From assembly GCF_006345805.1 (NCBI RefSeq), contig NC_043015.1:12958001-13022000 (forward strand): a DNA stretch of 64,000 bases. The letters are read 5' to 3'. This DNA is from Octopus sinensis (taxonomy: Eukaryota). Shown one piece after another: positions 1 to 13,707 of this stretch (position 1 is its first letter; every line of letters starts with the position of its first letter). The position numbers and the translations under genes were made by a program. Under the pieces are notes generated by a model. It worked only from the letters and a program-made list of their open reading frames with translations. It did no database searches and was not told the origin of the DNA.

Positions 1-159
1 TGTAACATTGCCCATGGTCAGCGGTGGGCTGGTGATGGGTAATACGCTCCCGGGGGAATCCGGCAGGGTACCATTGGGATCTTGTGGGGTTCGTGAACCA
101 CCACTCAGATCGCCAATGGGCCCGTTTGAATCATCGGGGCAACTAAAACAGTTACCCAT
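1..159 (-). CDS. N-terminal coding segment (runs off the left edge) of an unidentified, probably N-myristoylated/palmitoylated protein
   Basis: Hand translation gives 53 open codons, MGNCFSCPDDSNGPIGDLSGGSRTPQDPNGTLPDSPGSVLPITSPPLTMGNVT. The ATG is in a strong Kozak context (ACC ATG G), the segment is GC-rich relative to its surroundings, and it carries an MGxCxSC acylation motif. A possible splice acceptor (ttttatttgtgatcag) lies 5 nt upstream of the ATG. Confidence 0.75.
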   Translation of the reverse strand, partial: MGNCFSCPDDSNGPIGDLSGGSRTPQDPNGTLPDSPGSVLPITSPPLTMGNVT

Positions 160-518
160 GGTTCCTGATCACAAATAAAATGTATTCTTTGCGATGCCTA
201 CGGATGAGGAAATAATAAGAACCGTATCTCTTTAGTCTAGACACAGCGTCAATAAAGGATTCCCCAAACCGACATTACAGGAAGCCGTCAGCTGGAGAAA
301 GAGGAAGATTAAGCAGATATCATTGAATTCGTTTGTTAGGATCAGCCAGGCTGTGGCTGGGACATCGGGACACACCTCAGAGGTGTACACTAACAAGAGG
401 AAACAGTGAGTACTTTAAAATAACTGTGAGCTGATAAATTTTCGCGGCGACCAAATTCCTACTAAGCAATCGTTTCTTAAAGTAATAGGAAAGTGTCTGT
501 CAATAATAACTCTAATGT

Positions 519-561
519 GATTGGCCAATTCTATCTACACGTTCTACAACCAGCCAATCAG
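519..561. promoter_or_regulatory. CCAAT-box (NF-Y-type) cluster, likely promoter region of the left-edge gene
   Basis: GATTGGCCAAT (back-to-back ATTGG/CCAAT, 519-529) and AGCCAATCAG (552-561) sit in a CpG-enriched, repeat-free stretch upstream of the MGNC start. Confidence 0.45.
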
Positions 562-2274
562 ACACGCTTTATCATAACCAGCAAAAGATAAATCAACATG
601 TGATTTGCATTGCGCATGTCCATCGAGATACTTTCGTCTGCTAAGATCTGACAAGAAAGGAATTGTAATTCGAATTTCTTTGTAAAAAGTTTGCGCTATC
701 CTGATAGAAATACAACTGGATTAAATTTGATAAATGATCAAATTAGAAGAGTGTTCCACCTTTTATTTTCGTGATGCATAAATAAATATATTTTGTCAAA
801 ATAGATTACTATAAATCTCCGGTTCATAATTTGTATTTCTGTACAAATGGAATTACAATTTTAATAGATTTAATACTTTATTTAACGTTTATTATCGCAA
901 AAATTTAATTGATTAAATATATAAACTCAGTTAAAGTGAGAGAATTTCCTGCAAAGTTTTGTGTTTTATTTATTTTATCTTTATTTATGATTGAAAAAAA
1001 AAAGGAGGAGCTAACCGCGAAACACGAGGGTCTGTAAAGAAAGTCGAAAGTAATTCAACTCTTTTTACTATCATCAATGTTAGTGTCAGACTATGTGTAA
1101 CGCTATAACAGTAGTCCTCCTGCAGTGTGTAGCGGATTTTAAAAGGCATAATTTAAGAATCCTTGTACATTCAAAAATACAAATGTATGTATATGATGCA
1201 TATACAATACAAAATCACGTAGAAACACAAATCCAAAACTGAAGAAAACTCAAACATGAGCGAAGAAAGAAAGAAACATCAGCTCAACACCAAGTGCTTC
1301 AATTGGTCACACACCACACAGTTCAACGGAACCTACTGAAGCAAACCAACACGCTTGCGGCATTACCACTGGCTTTAAAAAATCCATTCTAATTTTCAAA
1401 AAAAATTTTTTCGTATCTTTCCATGCGAAATGCGGCCACGATTGCAAAATGTTGAGGACAGTAGAACAACAATATAATAAATATAAAATCAATTTTCTTT
1501 GAGCTATGACTAGTGTGGTGATATTTTAGGGTAAGGTTATACTAAAACAGTATAAGTGATAATTGAGTGATTATGATGAACGGGAGACATCGGAATTATA
1601 ACATAGTTGCAGATGAAAGAGACAGCTTGCTTTGATATGTTAGGCTAGGATACAATAGCGATTTATTTAGGCAATAAGATGTTGACGCGGGTACAGTTCT
1701 TATTTTATTGATCTTGGAATGACGAAAGTAAATTTTAGTAGCTTTAAGTTTAGTAAGCAAAGGGACATAACCAAATAATGTGTAAAGTATTTTGTCAAAC
1801 ACTCGGCTTATTCTGTTGTACCGCTCAAATAAGAATAACAGTTTATAGTGTAGATACAAAGCTACAAATTTTGTAGCAGGGTATTGTCGATATCAACTTC
1901 AATATTTGACTTGTAATATTTTATGGATGACCGAATGTTTAAAAGAAAAATCGACTCTAGCGAGTTTGAACACAAGAACACAAAGGGAGGTAATTAATAT
2001 AGCAAACCATTTAGTTGGGTTCTCTCTCAATTCCGATAGTTGACTGCTTTTGTAATAAAAATAACTGATGAAATGAGTAATGTTTAGAGAGAGACAAGAA
2101 GAGGAATGATAACAAAATAGAAATTAAGATACAAAGGAATAAATAAAAACTGTTATTTTGTCAATCTCAGGTGATGGAAAGCAAAATCTACCTCAGCACG
2201 GGCTGAACTCAAAACGTTGGCGACACAACTAACAAATTACAAACCCACCACCTTCTAATGATAATTCTTTCTTA

Positions 2275-2850
2275 AATAGGTACGGCGCATGAAAATTTGG
2301 GAGAAGAAAGTAGTTGATTACATCGGCTCCAGTGTTCTACTGGTGCTTATTTTATCAACTGTAAAAGGATGAAAAGGCAAAGTCAACCTTGGTGAAATCT
2401 GAACTCAGAACCTAAAACGGGAAGAAATGCTGCTGAGCATTTTGTCCGTCGCACTTATGATTCTGCCAGCTCGCAGCCTTAATAATAATAATCCTTTCTA
2501 CGATATGCACAAGGCCTGAAGTTTTGGGGAAGTGGAGGTAGTTAAGAACATCGACCTCAGTGTTTTATTACCCCCGAAAGTATGAAAAGCAAAGTTGACT
2601 TGGCGACATTTGAACTCAGAATGTGAAGTCGGAAGAAATGCTTCAAAGTATTTTGTCTGGCATGCTAGTGATTCTGTCAGCTTGTTGCCTTAATAATAAT
2701 AATTATTATTATTATTTCAAATTTTTGCCATAAGGGCAGCTTGGGGGAGATGGGGACGAGTCAATTACATCGACCCCAGTGTCCAACTGGTATTTATTTT
2801 ATCGACGCCGAAAGAATAAAAGGCAAAGTCAATCTCGGCAGAATTTGATC
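2275..2850 (-). mobile_element. Cluster of three decayed tRNA-headed SINEs (family A)
   Basis: Three reverse copies of the ...gaaaggatgaaaggcaaagtcgacc...gaatttgaactcagaa...ttctgccagctcg core, seen intact at 16852-17080. Confidence 0.8.
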
Positions 2851-3039
2851 TCCTAATAATAATGATAATAAGGATTTCAAATTTTGGCACATAAAAAAAG
2901 TGCAGATTAGAAACAAATTATATTGTATCATCCATTATGTAGGTCATCAAGGGAGATTTCCTTCAGGGAGGAACCAGCCTCAGGTTGAAAAGTTGACAGT
3001 TAGAACAAACTCCTCTGAAAATGATCTTGAGGGAAATTA

Positions 3040-5340
3040 GAATTGAGAAATCAACTCTGACACCTTAAGACAAACACCAAATAAAACAAATGTCAAAAGG
3101 ACCACTAAGATAGGTAGGTGAGAGAGGAGTATGAAGAAGTCATGACAGCATTCTACACAGCACTGAACCAACCAGGTTGTAATAAAACTTAGTTGTGTCT
3201 CAAAATCTGGAGAGAAATGGTAAGGGATAACACTTATATGTATATTGATACAAACAAACAAATTAGCCAATGTGTGCATTGAGATCGTGCGTAATAACCA
3301 TCTAACACCAGCAGAATTAGAGACAAACAAAAATAATGCACTATCATCCCAGAAAACCTGGCTGAAGCACATGATACAGACCCTGGGAATAATGAACAGG
3401 AAAAAATTACTCAACCTATTGATTGAAACACCCATGAACATGATATTGATGTAGGCAACTTGGAGCCTGAAGTAGTAGATGGCCAAGCTGGAACTGAGGT
3501 AAAGAAAATAGGAATGAACCAGAAACTGCAATGGCTAGCACATTTGTTGAAGCCAATTGAGAGAAAATATTCAAGGAAAAAGATGATACCTTCTGAGAGT
3601 TAGGCATTTCTAAATGTTTACAAATGAATGAGAGAGGTCAATTACCAAAGTTTCAGAAGATCAAATCAATTCACTATACAGCCGAAGAAGCAGCTTCTTC
3701 TTGAAACTGAGACAAATCTGACTTCATCAAACTATATCATATAATCAACATCTGTTGCTACTACTGTGTTATTGGCTGTGATAGAGCTATGTGGTGTTGG
3801 TGGAGGGACTTGCAGATGAGGTAGACGGAAGTAAGGACTGCAGGGGCCTGTGACACAGGCACAGGGCATGCGTGGGCAGGAAGCACGTGTGGTGAGTTCA
3901 AGCAGAGACGGCAGCCAGAAAAGACGTGTTTATTTCGTGAGAGTGACCGCTCGTTCCGCCGAGGTCAACATGTAAGCCTTTTGTATTTCTTTCTCCTGCT
4001 TGCTTCTTTTTTTGTTGTCTTTTTCCTCCACCATACTACAAGCTATTTCGGCCCATAACAAAAAAAAAAATTAAATAAAATAAAGAAGAAAAAAATGGCT
4101 TCCAAAGATGCATGCAAACAGCCATGGAGGAAAGATCACATAAATAAGGAAATTGAGAACTTCCAATGGGAATTATTGTTTTTAGATGAACTTTCCAAAG
4201 GAAATAATGTAAAAATGAGAATGAGTAGAAAGATGAAGTGAAACTACAATCTGATAAACATGAATTAAGTCCTGAGATGAAAGGAGAGGGTTAGGCAAAA
4301 AGTTTGAGTTAAGGCCCAAACTTATGTAGATATGAAGAGAGAAAAAAATTTTACAGATATAATAAGATATTTAAAACTGATGCTAAGGAATTCTGCAGAG
4401 AGTTAGGGAAACAGTCATTTGAAATAAAAGACCCACCTGATATGAAAGAAGTACTGACATTTTGGAAAAGCATATGGAATGATAGAAAGGAATTTAACCA
4501 GGAAGCTGAATGGGTAGGGAGAGAAGAAGAAAGAATGACTGAGATTGAAGAACAGGAATGGGAGGATATTACAATGCAGGAACTAACTCAAGCTCTATCT
4601 AAAACTCATAAATGAGTTTCCTGGACATGATAAAACCCCAAACTTCTGGCCTCTCATCATCACATTGCAAGTTAATGGATGTTTCTCTGATATTATCAGA
4701 AATACCCAAATGACTCCAAACTGGCTCACATTAAGGGTAACATGCCTACTCCCTAAAACCAGTGACACAAAAAAACAAAAAAAACTACAAGCTGATCACT
4801 TGTTATGAAGTTATATCCACTGGATAATATGCCAACATTACAGCATTAAAACTGACAATAGGTGGTATAAGCAAGTACCAAACAATGTACGAGACAATGA
4901 CTGACCACAGTCATCTGGGATATGCAGGTTCAGACTGACAAAGAAATAAAAACTCATTTCCCAGACATAATAATCAAGGATTGGAGCAAAAACACCTGCT
5001 TACTGATAGACATTACAACCCCTTCTGATCAAAATATTGTCAAAAAAGAAGTGGAGAAATTGTCTAAGTACAAAAGTACAAAGACCTTGAAATTGAAGTA
5101 TTCAAGATGTAGGGCAAAAAGGTAAAAACAAAACCAATAATAATTGGAGCATTGGGCATGATAAAAAAAACATATAAAGAAAAATGTAGAAGCTATACCT
5201 GGATCCTCAACACTATACACTATCCAAAAAATAGCCCTGCTAGGTACAGCCCATATCCTATGCAAAACACTATCAATCCAATAATACAACAATACAACCT
5301 AAACAAAACAACCCACAAACACAAGACACACTCTATATAG
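3040..5340 (+). mobile_element. Degenerate RLE-clade (R4/Dong- or NeSL-like) non-LTR retrotransposon with internal deletion
   Basis: Broken frames give FWKSIWNDRKEFNQEAEW (upstream of RT) and the restriction-like endonuclease PDIIIKD...CLLIDITTPSDQNIVKKEVEKLSKYK...GTAHIL. A poly(A)-tailed insert sits at about 3760-4070. Confidence 0.8.
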
Positions 5341-6403
5341 CAAATATCCAATGAAATAAATTTCCCCCAGCAAGTTAGATAACCAATGCATCACATACTC
5401 AACACACAAAACAAGCCATATCACAACAAAAAACTGCATCGCACCTCAAGAGAAAAACTAACACAATACAGTACTGGGAAAAGTTTGCACACAACCAACA
5501 GCAGAAAAGAATACACAACGCTGCACACACCCCAGTAACATGGAGGTGTAGCAGGTGATGCAGTAGAAATTTGCCTCGACCTACCAAATGTTGAACAGTT
5601 ACATGCTAATAATAATAATAACAGTGTTATCATGTACATTGTTTTGTCTTGGTATAAAAGATGGGCTACAGCAAATATTCTGCTCAATACCACAGATTTG
5701 CTTGTCAGTTGTTTGGCCTTAACCAGTTGAGCATGTTCCTTAGTGGCTGACAATATGTGCATCTCTGATCACGAGCAGAAGTAGTGGGAGAGCATCATGG
5801 CCATGTGTTGAAAGAGATTCTTTGGAGTTTGAATAATTCGCCTCTGGAAACATGGGTGTTTCATTCAACATCCTTAAACAACCCTTATTCAGAGACCTTT
5901 TGAACGGGATGGGTTACTCAACCAGAAGAAAATTCTAATGGGGCCCCACCTGCAAGGTGTTGTGCTGTTTATCTTGATGTGTTGCACACATATGGTTGTG
6001 ATGTATGTGCCTAGTGTACCCTTATCAGATGGGTAGTCATGATGGGTATACTGGGCTTCGTATGTTTTACCACAGTGTCACTTTGATGCACTGCTCTCTC
6101 ACTCAATAATAATAATAATAATAATAAACAAATCTCAAGGCAATGCTCCAGCATGGCTGCAGTGAAATGACTAAAACAAGTAAAAAAATAAATGTTTAAA
6201 GGAGATTGGAATAGAATATTGTAGAGCTTCTACAGAAAGTTTGGTTCTTAGGGACAGGAAAGATTATCAGGAGGTTTTTAAACACTTGAAAGACTATTGA
6301 AAGCTTGTGGATACCTAATGTTACAGGTAGAAACCTGCTACCCACATAAATTCTCCCAGAAATAAGAATGAGCCTGAGTTAAATCAACAATAACAACAAC
6401 AAC

Positions 6404-6478
<75 letters not shown>

Positions 6479-6690
6479 GGCGGCAAGCTGGCAGAATCAT
6501 TAGCACGTTGGACAAAATGCTTAGTGTATTTAGCTCATTGTTACATTCTGAGTTCAAATTCTACCAAGGTTGACTTGGTCTTTCACCCTTTCGGGGTTGA
6601 TAAATTAAGTACCAGTTGCATACTGAGGTTGATCTAATATACTGGCTCCCTCCCCCAAAATTTCAGGCCTTGTGCCTATTGTAGAAAGGA
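6479..6690 (+). mobile_element. SINE family A
   Basis: ggcggcaagctggcagaatcattagc head, gttcaaattc B-box-like motif, cctttcggggttgataaattaagtaccag core. Confidence 0.8.
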
Positions 6691-6712
6691 TTATTATTAT
6701 TATTATTATTAT

Positions 6713-7740
6713 TATCACCCCGCCTTAGCAAAGGCGGAGGTATTGTTTTCAGTTGTGTTTCTTTGCTTCTTTGTCTGTGGACAAGATATCTCAAGAACTG
6801 CTGGATAGACTTGGATGAAACTTTCAGGGATGTTTGGCCTCATGACTGACACAAACTGATTAGATTTTGGGATTGATCTGATACCGATAAGGATTTTGGA
6901 TTATTTGTTATATTTACTTTACATGAAGTATTACGATCTTACCTTCACTTTTAAGTCTTTCTCTGATTATCTCGCTTGAAAGCACACTCATAGTTTCCAT
7001 ATAAGTTATGGTGACGTTGCTGTTTCCAAAGTTTTATTTTCATTTCTCTATTATTAATTTTACTCGCATCTCTATCTTAGTAGAAATTGATGGATAAAGA
7101 AATCAAACTGCATAAACAAACGGCAGCAAAACTGTTCAAAAATTAAATAACACTAACATATTTAGTAACAATAATAAATTTAATTTAGCCTTGACAAATT
7201 TTAGTTTTATCAATTTTGAATATATCGCACCTGTTTAAAACCTCTTACCTACTTGACAATTGCATTTTTAGCTCTGCCTTGAAGGAAGCTTTACGACTTG
7301 GACTCATGTTTTTGTGCGCAACAATGTTGTTAAACCTCCATTAACAGCACTATATGCAGGTCCTTTCCATTTTCTTTCACACATGGATAAATTTTTCACT
7401 GTAGACCTTTATGGTTGTAAAGACACTATATCAGTGGATAGACTAAAAAAGGCCTTCATAGAGAAAACTCCCTGTACCCACTGCAGACAACACACATACA
7501 GCATTACAAACATGGCCCATACACTCACCTTCACATTTCATTATTACCATTGGGATCAATCAGATACCAATCAAGGATTCTGGATTATTTTTCCAGTTTT
7601 CGGGTTCATTTTTAGTATTCTTTTTTTATGAGAGCAATTGAGTTTAATCCAGATATTCTCATTTTAAATCATATCTGGCTGATTGTTGAGAGGACGTTGG
7701 TATTACCTTGGCGGAGGTTTGCGCTCTCTGAGTGGTCTTG
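6713..7740 (+). mobile_element. Non-autonomous Helentron/DINE-like (HINE) element
   Basis: 5' subTIR plus short hairpin (cgcctt-agca-aaggcg), 3' inverted subTIR ggcggaggt followed by a gcgctc-tct-gagtg hairpin, T-rich flanks. Confidence 0.6.
7295..7500 (+). mobile_element. Gypsy/Ty3 integrase C-terminal fragment
   Basis: THVFVRNNVVKPPLTALYAGPFHFL...FTVDLYGCKDTISVDRLKKAF matches the Gypsy GPY/F-region pattern. Confidence 0.75.
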
Positions 7741-7874
7741 TTGTTGTTGTTATTATTATCATTATATTTATTTTTATTTATGATCTGAGAATCCTAATGA
7801 AGTAAATAGTGAACATGGTGATCTAGCTGGATGAGAGCCAGTAAATAATAATAATAATAATAATAATGAAATTA

Positions 7875-8200
7875 TTGTATACAGTGCTCAGGTGCATCAC
7901 AACTTGTCAAAAGTGCGTATAAAGCATATGCAATAATGTACAAATGTCTGGGAAGTGAACAGTGTATGAGTCAGATACATGCTTGCGTGTGTATAGAAGG
8001 GAGAAAATCAGGTGTAGTGTTGGCGAATCTCAGGAAGCATGGAAGTTTTGAAGGATGTAGTGCTCCGACAGCTAACAACTGATGCCAGCAGTTCATTCCA
8101 TACTTCAGCAACTCTTAGCGTGAAAAAATGTTTCCGAAAGTCATGTTACATAAGACTTGAATGATGAAGAGAAGGCATTTCTAGAAATTTTGCAAGGTAA
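7875..8200 (-). mobile_element. LINE 3'-end-derived repeat (CR1/L2-like); related copies at about 14355-14610 (+) and 35170-35750 (-)
   Basis: Shared terminus tgtatacagtgctcaggtgca(c/t) next to (AAT)n tails, found in three places. Confidence 0.5.
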
Positions 8201-8874
8201 ATGTAAGATTATCAACCATCAAAGAGTGAGCTAAGCACAGTAAGTTGTCAAGCCACATGTTTACTTCATGGAAAAGAGGAACTGTGTGTGTGCATGTGTG
8301 TGTCTGTACATGTGTGTGTGTTTGCATGTGTGTGTGTGTGTGCCTGTACATGTGTGTACATGTTTGTGTGTGTGTGTATGTGCTTGCATGTCAATGTCTA
8401 TGTTTATGTTTACACTGGTCTAAAATCTGATGTTATGTTGTATCTCTTTATGTTCTCTAACTAAACAGTTTGATAAATAAAGACTGGGCCCAATATGATA
8501 TCAATAGATATTTGATGAAGGTGCCATGCATATGTGCAATTCAAAAGATTGGAATCAGTAAAAGAATATATATATGTGATGACTACTGTGAAAGAGAGAG
8601 GTGCAGTGAAGGCAATATAAGTGGTTGAGTTGGTGTGTGAGTTGAACTGTCGACACATATACCCAAGTGTGTGCATTTATTCACATAAGAATCTCAGATG
8701 GAGAATTTTTGGAATGTGTTACAGATCTTCACTGTGCCGCTAACAGATTGGATTTAGACAATCTGCTTTAGTTTCTTTTTTTCTCTGTGAAACCAAATAT
8801 CTTTAAGTTTTTGCGCAAATTTGTCAGTATATAATTTAATGTACGTATGATGATAGGTACAAATGAAAATTCAT

Positions 8875-10360
8875 AGTCAAGATACAAAAGCTGTCAGTTC
8901 TGCCTTAATTTGCCATAAACATTCTATTTTTCTGGGACATTTTATTGTGCATTCACATCTGCTGGGCAGCTGACCTCTACAACAGAGAACAATATTAGGT
9001 CTCTTATGTTTGTAACAAATTGCTGTTTTATTGGGGGGTGTTCCACCAGTATTCCTTATTTTTAAAGGTGTGAATATCTGCTCGTACTGGCATGCTTTTG
9101 ATGTATACATTAGGGCAGTCCTTCTTGTAGATAACATTGTAAATAGTCTTTGCAACTATATCATGCCTCAGGGGCAGGTGGTATCTTGTAGACATTTTGG
9201 AGCAGTGCTGATGATGTGGGTAATATCTTCCAAACTGGTGTGGCAGAGCTGACATTCTTTATCACAACGTGGAGGTTTGGTGGTATCCTTATTCATCTTG
9301 TTTATCAGGTATTTAGTAGCTATCTCCTGTTCCTGAATAGTAAAGGCATATCCTTCTAGGTGGGATGTAATCTATCATAGGTCCAAGACAGGCTACTCTT
9401 CCTGTTAACACTTCTTGCCTTCTAGCTTGTGGGATATGTACCCATACCTTGCTTTTTGTAGGTACTTCTGCTACTTCTACTTTGTTGGCACTTCTGCCTA
9501 CTTCTGCTCCAAGCTTCTGTTTAGGTAGGCCGGTCCAACCTCCTTTGGGTCATATGAGACAGTTGTATTCTCATAGTACCTACATAGTAGTTCTTCTCCA
9601 ACACTGAAGATGTTGTTGCTCTCCCTTTTTAGTATGCATGGAATGTATTCATTTCTTTCCTTACTGTTTAATACATATTGTCTGAGTGATACAATGTGAC
9701 ATTCAAAGGCTGTTTGGACTGACCTTATGCCTCTGCTGCCATCACTTCATCTCACATAAATCCCCTTGGTATCACTGTTAATGTGGAAGTTGCCAGCAGT
9801 GGTCAATACCTTTCTGGATTTGATGTTCAGACTGCATATTTCATTGAGTGTTTAGTCCATTATCCCAAATGTTTGTACTGGCACTAGTATTGCAAAAGCA
9901 TGTGAGATATGTTCATGATAAATGCAGATAGCTCTGAGTTCTGTATTTTCCAGAGTCTACAAAAGTACTCTTTTGTTATTCTGGCTTTAGTCACAGCACC
10001 AATGAATGCAACATTCTCATTGATGCTAAACTACTTGTAACTTTTACTATTAGAAATAGAGGAGATAGACAAGCCATTGATGTACATATTCTCTATCTGG
10101 TCGGCAATCTTTCCTTGGTTGATTATCATGTATTAGCATTTATCTTGCCCAAACTTCATTCCTATATCTCATGAAAATGTTGTAACTAGTTTCAATTGTC
10201 TCTTGATGTCGATCATATTACCAGAATATAACTTTAGGTCATCAGCAAAAAATGTGTGGGTGACATTAATTTTATTCTTTTCTACTAATCCTAGCATGTA
10301 GCCATGGCATTTTGTTAACAGGACTGACAAAGGATTCACTGCCAGTACAAATACGTGTGT
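8875..10360 (-). mobile_element. Degenerate RLE-clade non-LTR retrotransposon (RT plus zinc knuckle/endonuclease remnants)
   Basis: RT motif THTFFADDLKLY near 10225-10270; YLPLRHDIVAKTIY and RPNIV near 8990-9180; many stops and frameshifts. Confidence 0.8.
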
Positions 10361-10639
10361 GTGTGTATGCATGCATATATGTCTTTTTTTCTGTTTTTAA
10401 TTATTTAAACCCCTTTTTTGAGGAAGGAACTGGTTTCTAACAAAAATACAAAGTTCCATCATTGGAATGTAATTAACAAAAACAATGTCACATTTTAAAC
10501 TTAAGAAAGGTCTTGCAAATGTTTATTGTTCCACTTACACATTGTATTTGTAATGTGTGAGTCAGTGGGTTGTTGTTTTTTTCTGAAAATCCAAGCTTAT
10601 CCAGACTTAGTCCAAGTGCTCCAATTATTATTGGTATAA

Positions 10640-11103
10640 ATATAAATTTGTAATCTGTCTGTATTTAGGTATGTATGAACGTATGCATACATGCATATAT
10701 ATATATGTATACATGCATGCATATATGAATACATGCAGGTATGTATGTGTGTGTGTCTGTGTGTGTATGTATGTGTGTATGTACGTGTGTGTGTGTGTAT
10801 GTATGTATGTGCAGGCATGAATGTATGCATATGTATGTATACATATAAGTATGTGTGTGTATGTATGTATGCACATATGCATGTGTGTATATGCACGTAT
10901 GAAGGCAGATAAGTATATGTATATATACATTCGCGAATACATATATATGTATGTATACTGAAGCACATACCCCTATACAAATATACTCATAAGCACCCTA
11001 CATCAATACTCCCAAGTGCTAATGATCAAATTCTAATATATGTATATATGTACTCATAAATAAATGTGCACCTACCTACATACATACATACACACATACA
11101 TAC

Positions 11104-11147
<44 letters not shown>

Positions 11148-11150
11148 TCA
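10640..11150. repeat. Compound (TG)/(TATG)/(TA) microsatellite
   Basis: Directly visible; source of the HTHT/YIYI pseudo-ORFs. Confidence 0.95.
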
Positions 11151-11700
11151 TCATCACCATCATCGTTTAACGTCCGTTTTCCATGCTAGTGTGGATTGGA
11201 CGGTTTGACCGGGGTCTGGGAAGCCAGGAGGCTGCACCAAGCTCCAGTCTGATCTTGCAGTGTTTCTACAGTTGGATGCCCTTCTTAACGCCAACCACTC
11301 CGTGAGTGTAGTGGGTGCTTTTTACGTGCTACCAGCACAGGTGCCAGGGGAGGCTGGCAACGGCTATGATTGGTTGGTGCTTTTTATGTGCCACAGGCAC
11401 GGAAGCCAGTCAAGGTGGCGCCGGCATCGACCATGCACGGATGGTGCTTTCCACGTGCGACCAGCATAGGTGCTAGGGTAGGCTGGCAAAGGCCACGATT
11501 GGTTGGTGGTTTTTATGTGCCACCGACACGGAAGCCAGTCAAGGTGGAGCTGGCATTGGCCACATACAGATGGTGCTTTTTACGTTCCACCGGCAGAGGT
11601 GCCAGGGTAGGCTGGCAACGACCACGATCGGTTGGTGCTTTTTACATGCCACCGGCATGGAAGCCAGTCAAGGTGGTGCTGGCATCGGCCACATACAGAT
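11145..11700 (-). mobile_element. SINE family B ((GAT)n tail, RTE-like 3' end) with an expanded internal ~60-70 bp tandem array
   Basis: catcatcat tail, gtttaacgtccgttttccatgctag...gttggatgcccttcttaacgccaaccactcc, then about five copies of the ggtgctttttacgtgccaccgg unit. Confidence 0.85.
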
Positions 11701-12150
11701 ATATATATATATATATATACATATGTGTGTGTGAATGTGTGTGTACATGCACATGTGTTTGTTTGCATTTCTTAAATTGATGAAATCAATGTCATTGACA
11801 CCTTCACATGAACAACATCCTGTTTCAAAGATGTGTAAAATATGTTACCTTTTACCTGGGAAAGGAAAAAGGGCTGGTATCAGAAGGGGCAAACATGGAA
11901 AAATGAATTAAAAAGTATATATATTCTTTTATTCCTTTACTTGTTTCAGTAATTTGACTGTGACCACGCTGGAGCACCACCTTTAGTTGAACAAATCAAC
12001 CCCAGGATTTATTCTTTGTAAGCCTGTTGCTTATTCTCTCGGCCTCTTTTCCCGCACCGTTAAGTTACAGGGATGTAAACACACCAATACTGGTCGTCAA
12101 GAGATAATGGGGGGACAAACACAGATATATATGTATGTATGTATGTATAT

Positions 12151-12185
<35 letters not shown>

Positions 12186-12689
12186 CATCATCATCATCAT
12201 CATCATCATCGTTTAACGTCTGTTTTCCGCGCTAGCACGGGTTGGACGGTTTCGACCGGGGTCTGGGGAGCTCGGGACTGCCCCAGGCTCCAGTCTAGTC
12301 TGGCAGTGTTTCTACAGCTGGATGCCCTTCCTAACGCCAACCACTCCGCGAGTGTAGTGGGTGTTTTTTACGTGCCACCTGCACAGGTGCCAGAGGGGTC
12401 TGGCATCGGCCACGTTCGGATGGTGCTTTTTATGTGGGGGGGGGGTGCAGAAATATAGGGGAGCACCAGTGGGGAGGGGTGGTTCAGAGAAATGATGACA
12501 GGTTCTAGGCAAGTAGAACGTAGGATATCGAGAGAGGGGTAATGCATGGTGAAATAGCGTATTGAAGAGGGGGGGGTTCGAAGAGTAGACACCTATAATG
12601 GTGGTGGGAGAAGCGACATCCGGTATAGATGGAGCAAAAATATAGATATCCGGTATTGGTGGTGGGGGTGGGTAGGGCGGGTGCTATAT

Positions 12690-13090
12690 ATATTACTCTT
12701 TTACTCTTTTACTTGTTTCAGTCATTTGACTGTGGCCATGCTGGAGCACCGCCTTTAATGGAGCAAATCGACCCCAGGACTTATTCTTTTTGCAAGCCCA
12801 GTACTTATTCTATCGGTCTCTTTTGCCAAACCACTAAGTTACGGGGACATAAACACACCAGCATCGGTTGTTAAGCAATGCTAGGGGGACAAACACAGAC
12901 ACACAAACACATACACGCATATATATATACGATGGGCTTCTTTCAGTTTCCGTCTACCAAATCCACTCACAAGGCTTTGGTCAGCCTGAGGCTATAGTAG
13001 AAGACACTTGCCCAAGGTGCCACGCAGTGGGATTGAACCCGGAACCATGTGGTTGGTAAGCAAGCTACTTACCACACAGCCACTCCTGTG
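12690..13090 (-). mobile_element. SINE family C (tRNA-like head, central microsatellite)
   Basis: Reverse of ggagtggctgtgtggtaag...ggttcaatcccactgcgtggcaccttgggcaagtgtcttctac...agtaaaagagtaa. Confidence 0.85.
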
Positions 13091-13408
13091 CCTATATATA
13101 TGTGTGTATAACGCGGAGTGGTTGGCGTTAGGAAGGGCATCCAGCTGTAGAAACACTGCCAGATCAGACTGGAGCCTGGAGCAGCCCCTGGCTCCCCAGA
13201 CCCCGGTCGAACCGTCCAATCCGTGCTAGCGTGGAAAACGGACGTTAAACGATGATGATGATGATGATGATGATATATATATATATATATTGGCAAAAAT
13301 GGTAAGATAACAAAAGAAAGAAAGAGACCTCAATATTATGTAAATAGAGGAAATTTATCTATAAAATAATATGTTACATTTACTCAATGTTGAGTAAATG
13401 TAACATAT

Positions 13409-13481
<73 letters not shown>

Positions 13482-13707
13482 ATGAGGGAGTTAGTTCACT
13501 TGAGATCTAAAGGAATAGGTATGTTGAGTAAGTGCTATAGTTGGTCATCCGTTAGGTTCCAAGTTCACAGCTGAGGCTGGATTTAGGGGATCCATATTAG
13601 GGTTCTGTTATAGAAGGTATATATTACATTAGAGGAAAAAGCAAAACCAAGGCAGAACAAGTATCTCAAGTCATTTAGAATAATTTAATTAGGGTAAGAT
13701 GAATTTG

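Noticed and set aside
3037-3531. 164-aa hydrophobic ORF resembling a membrane protein
   Set aside because: It is antisense to an A-rich decayed retrotransposon ORF, which produces F/L/I-rich translations.
11370-11700. Regularly spaced ~60-70 bp repeats resembling a CRISPR array
   Set aside because: The units are whole-length tandem repeats internal to SINE family B (also at 52045, 57560 and 62010), with no unique spacers and no cas genes, in a eukaryotic context.
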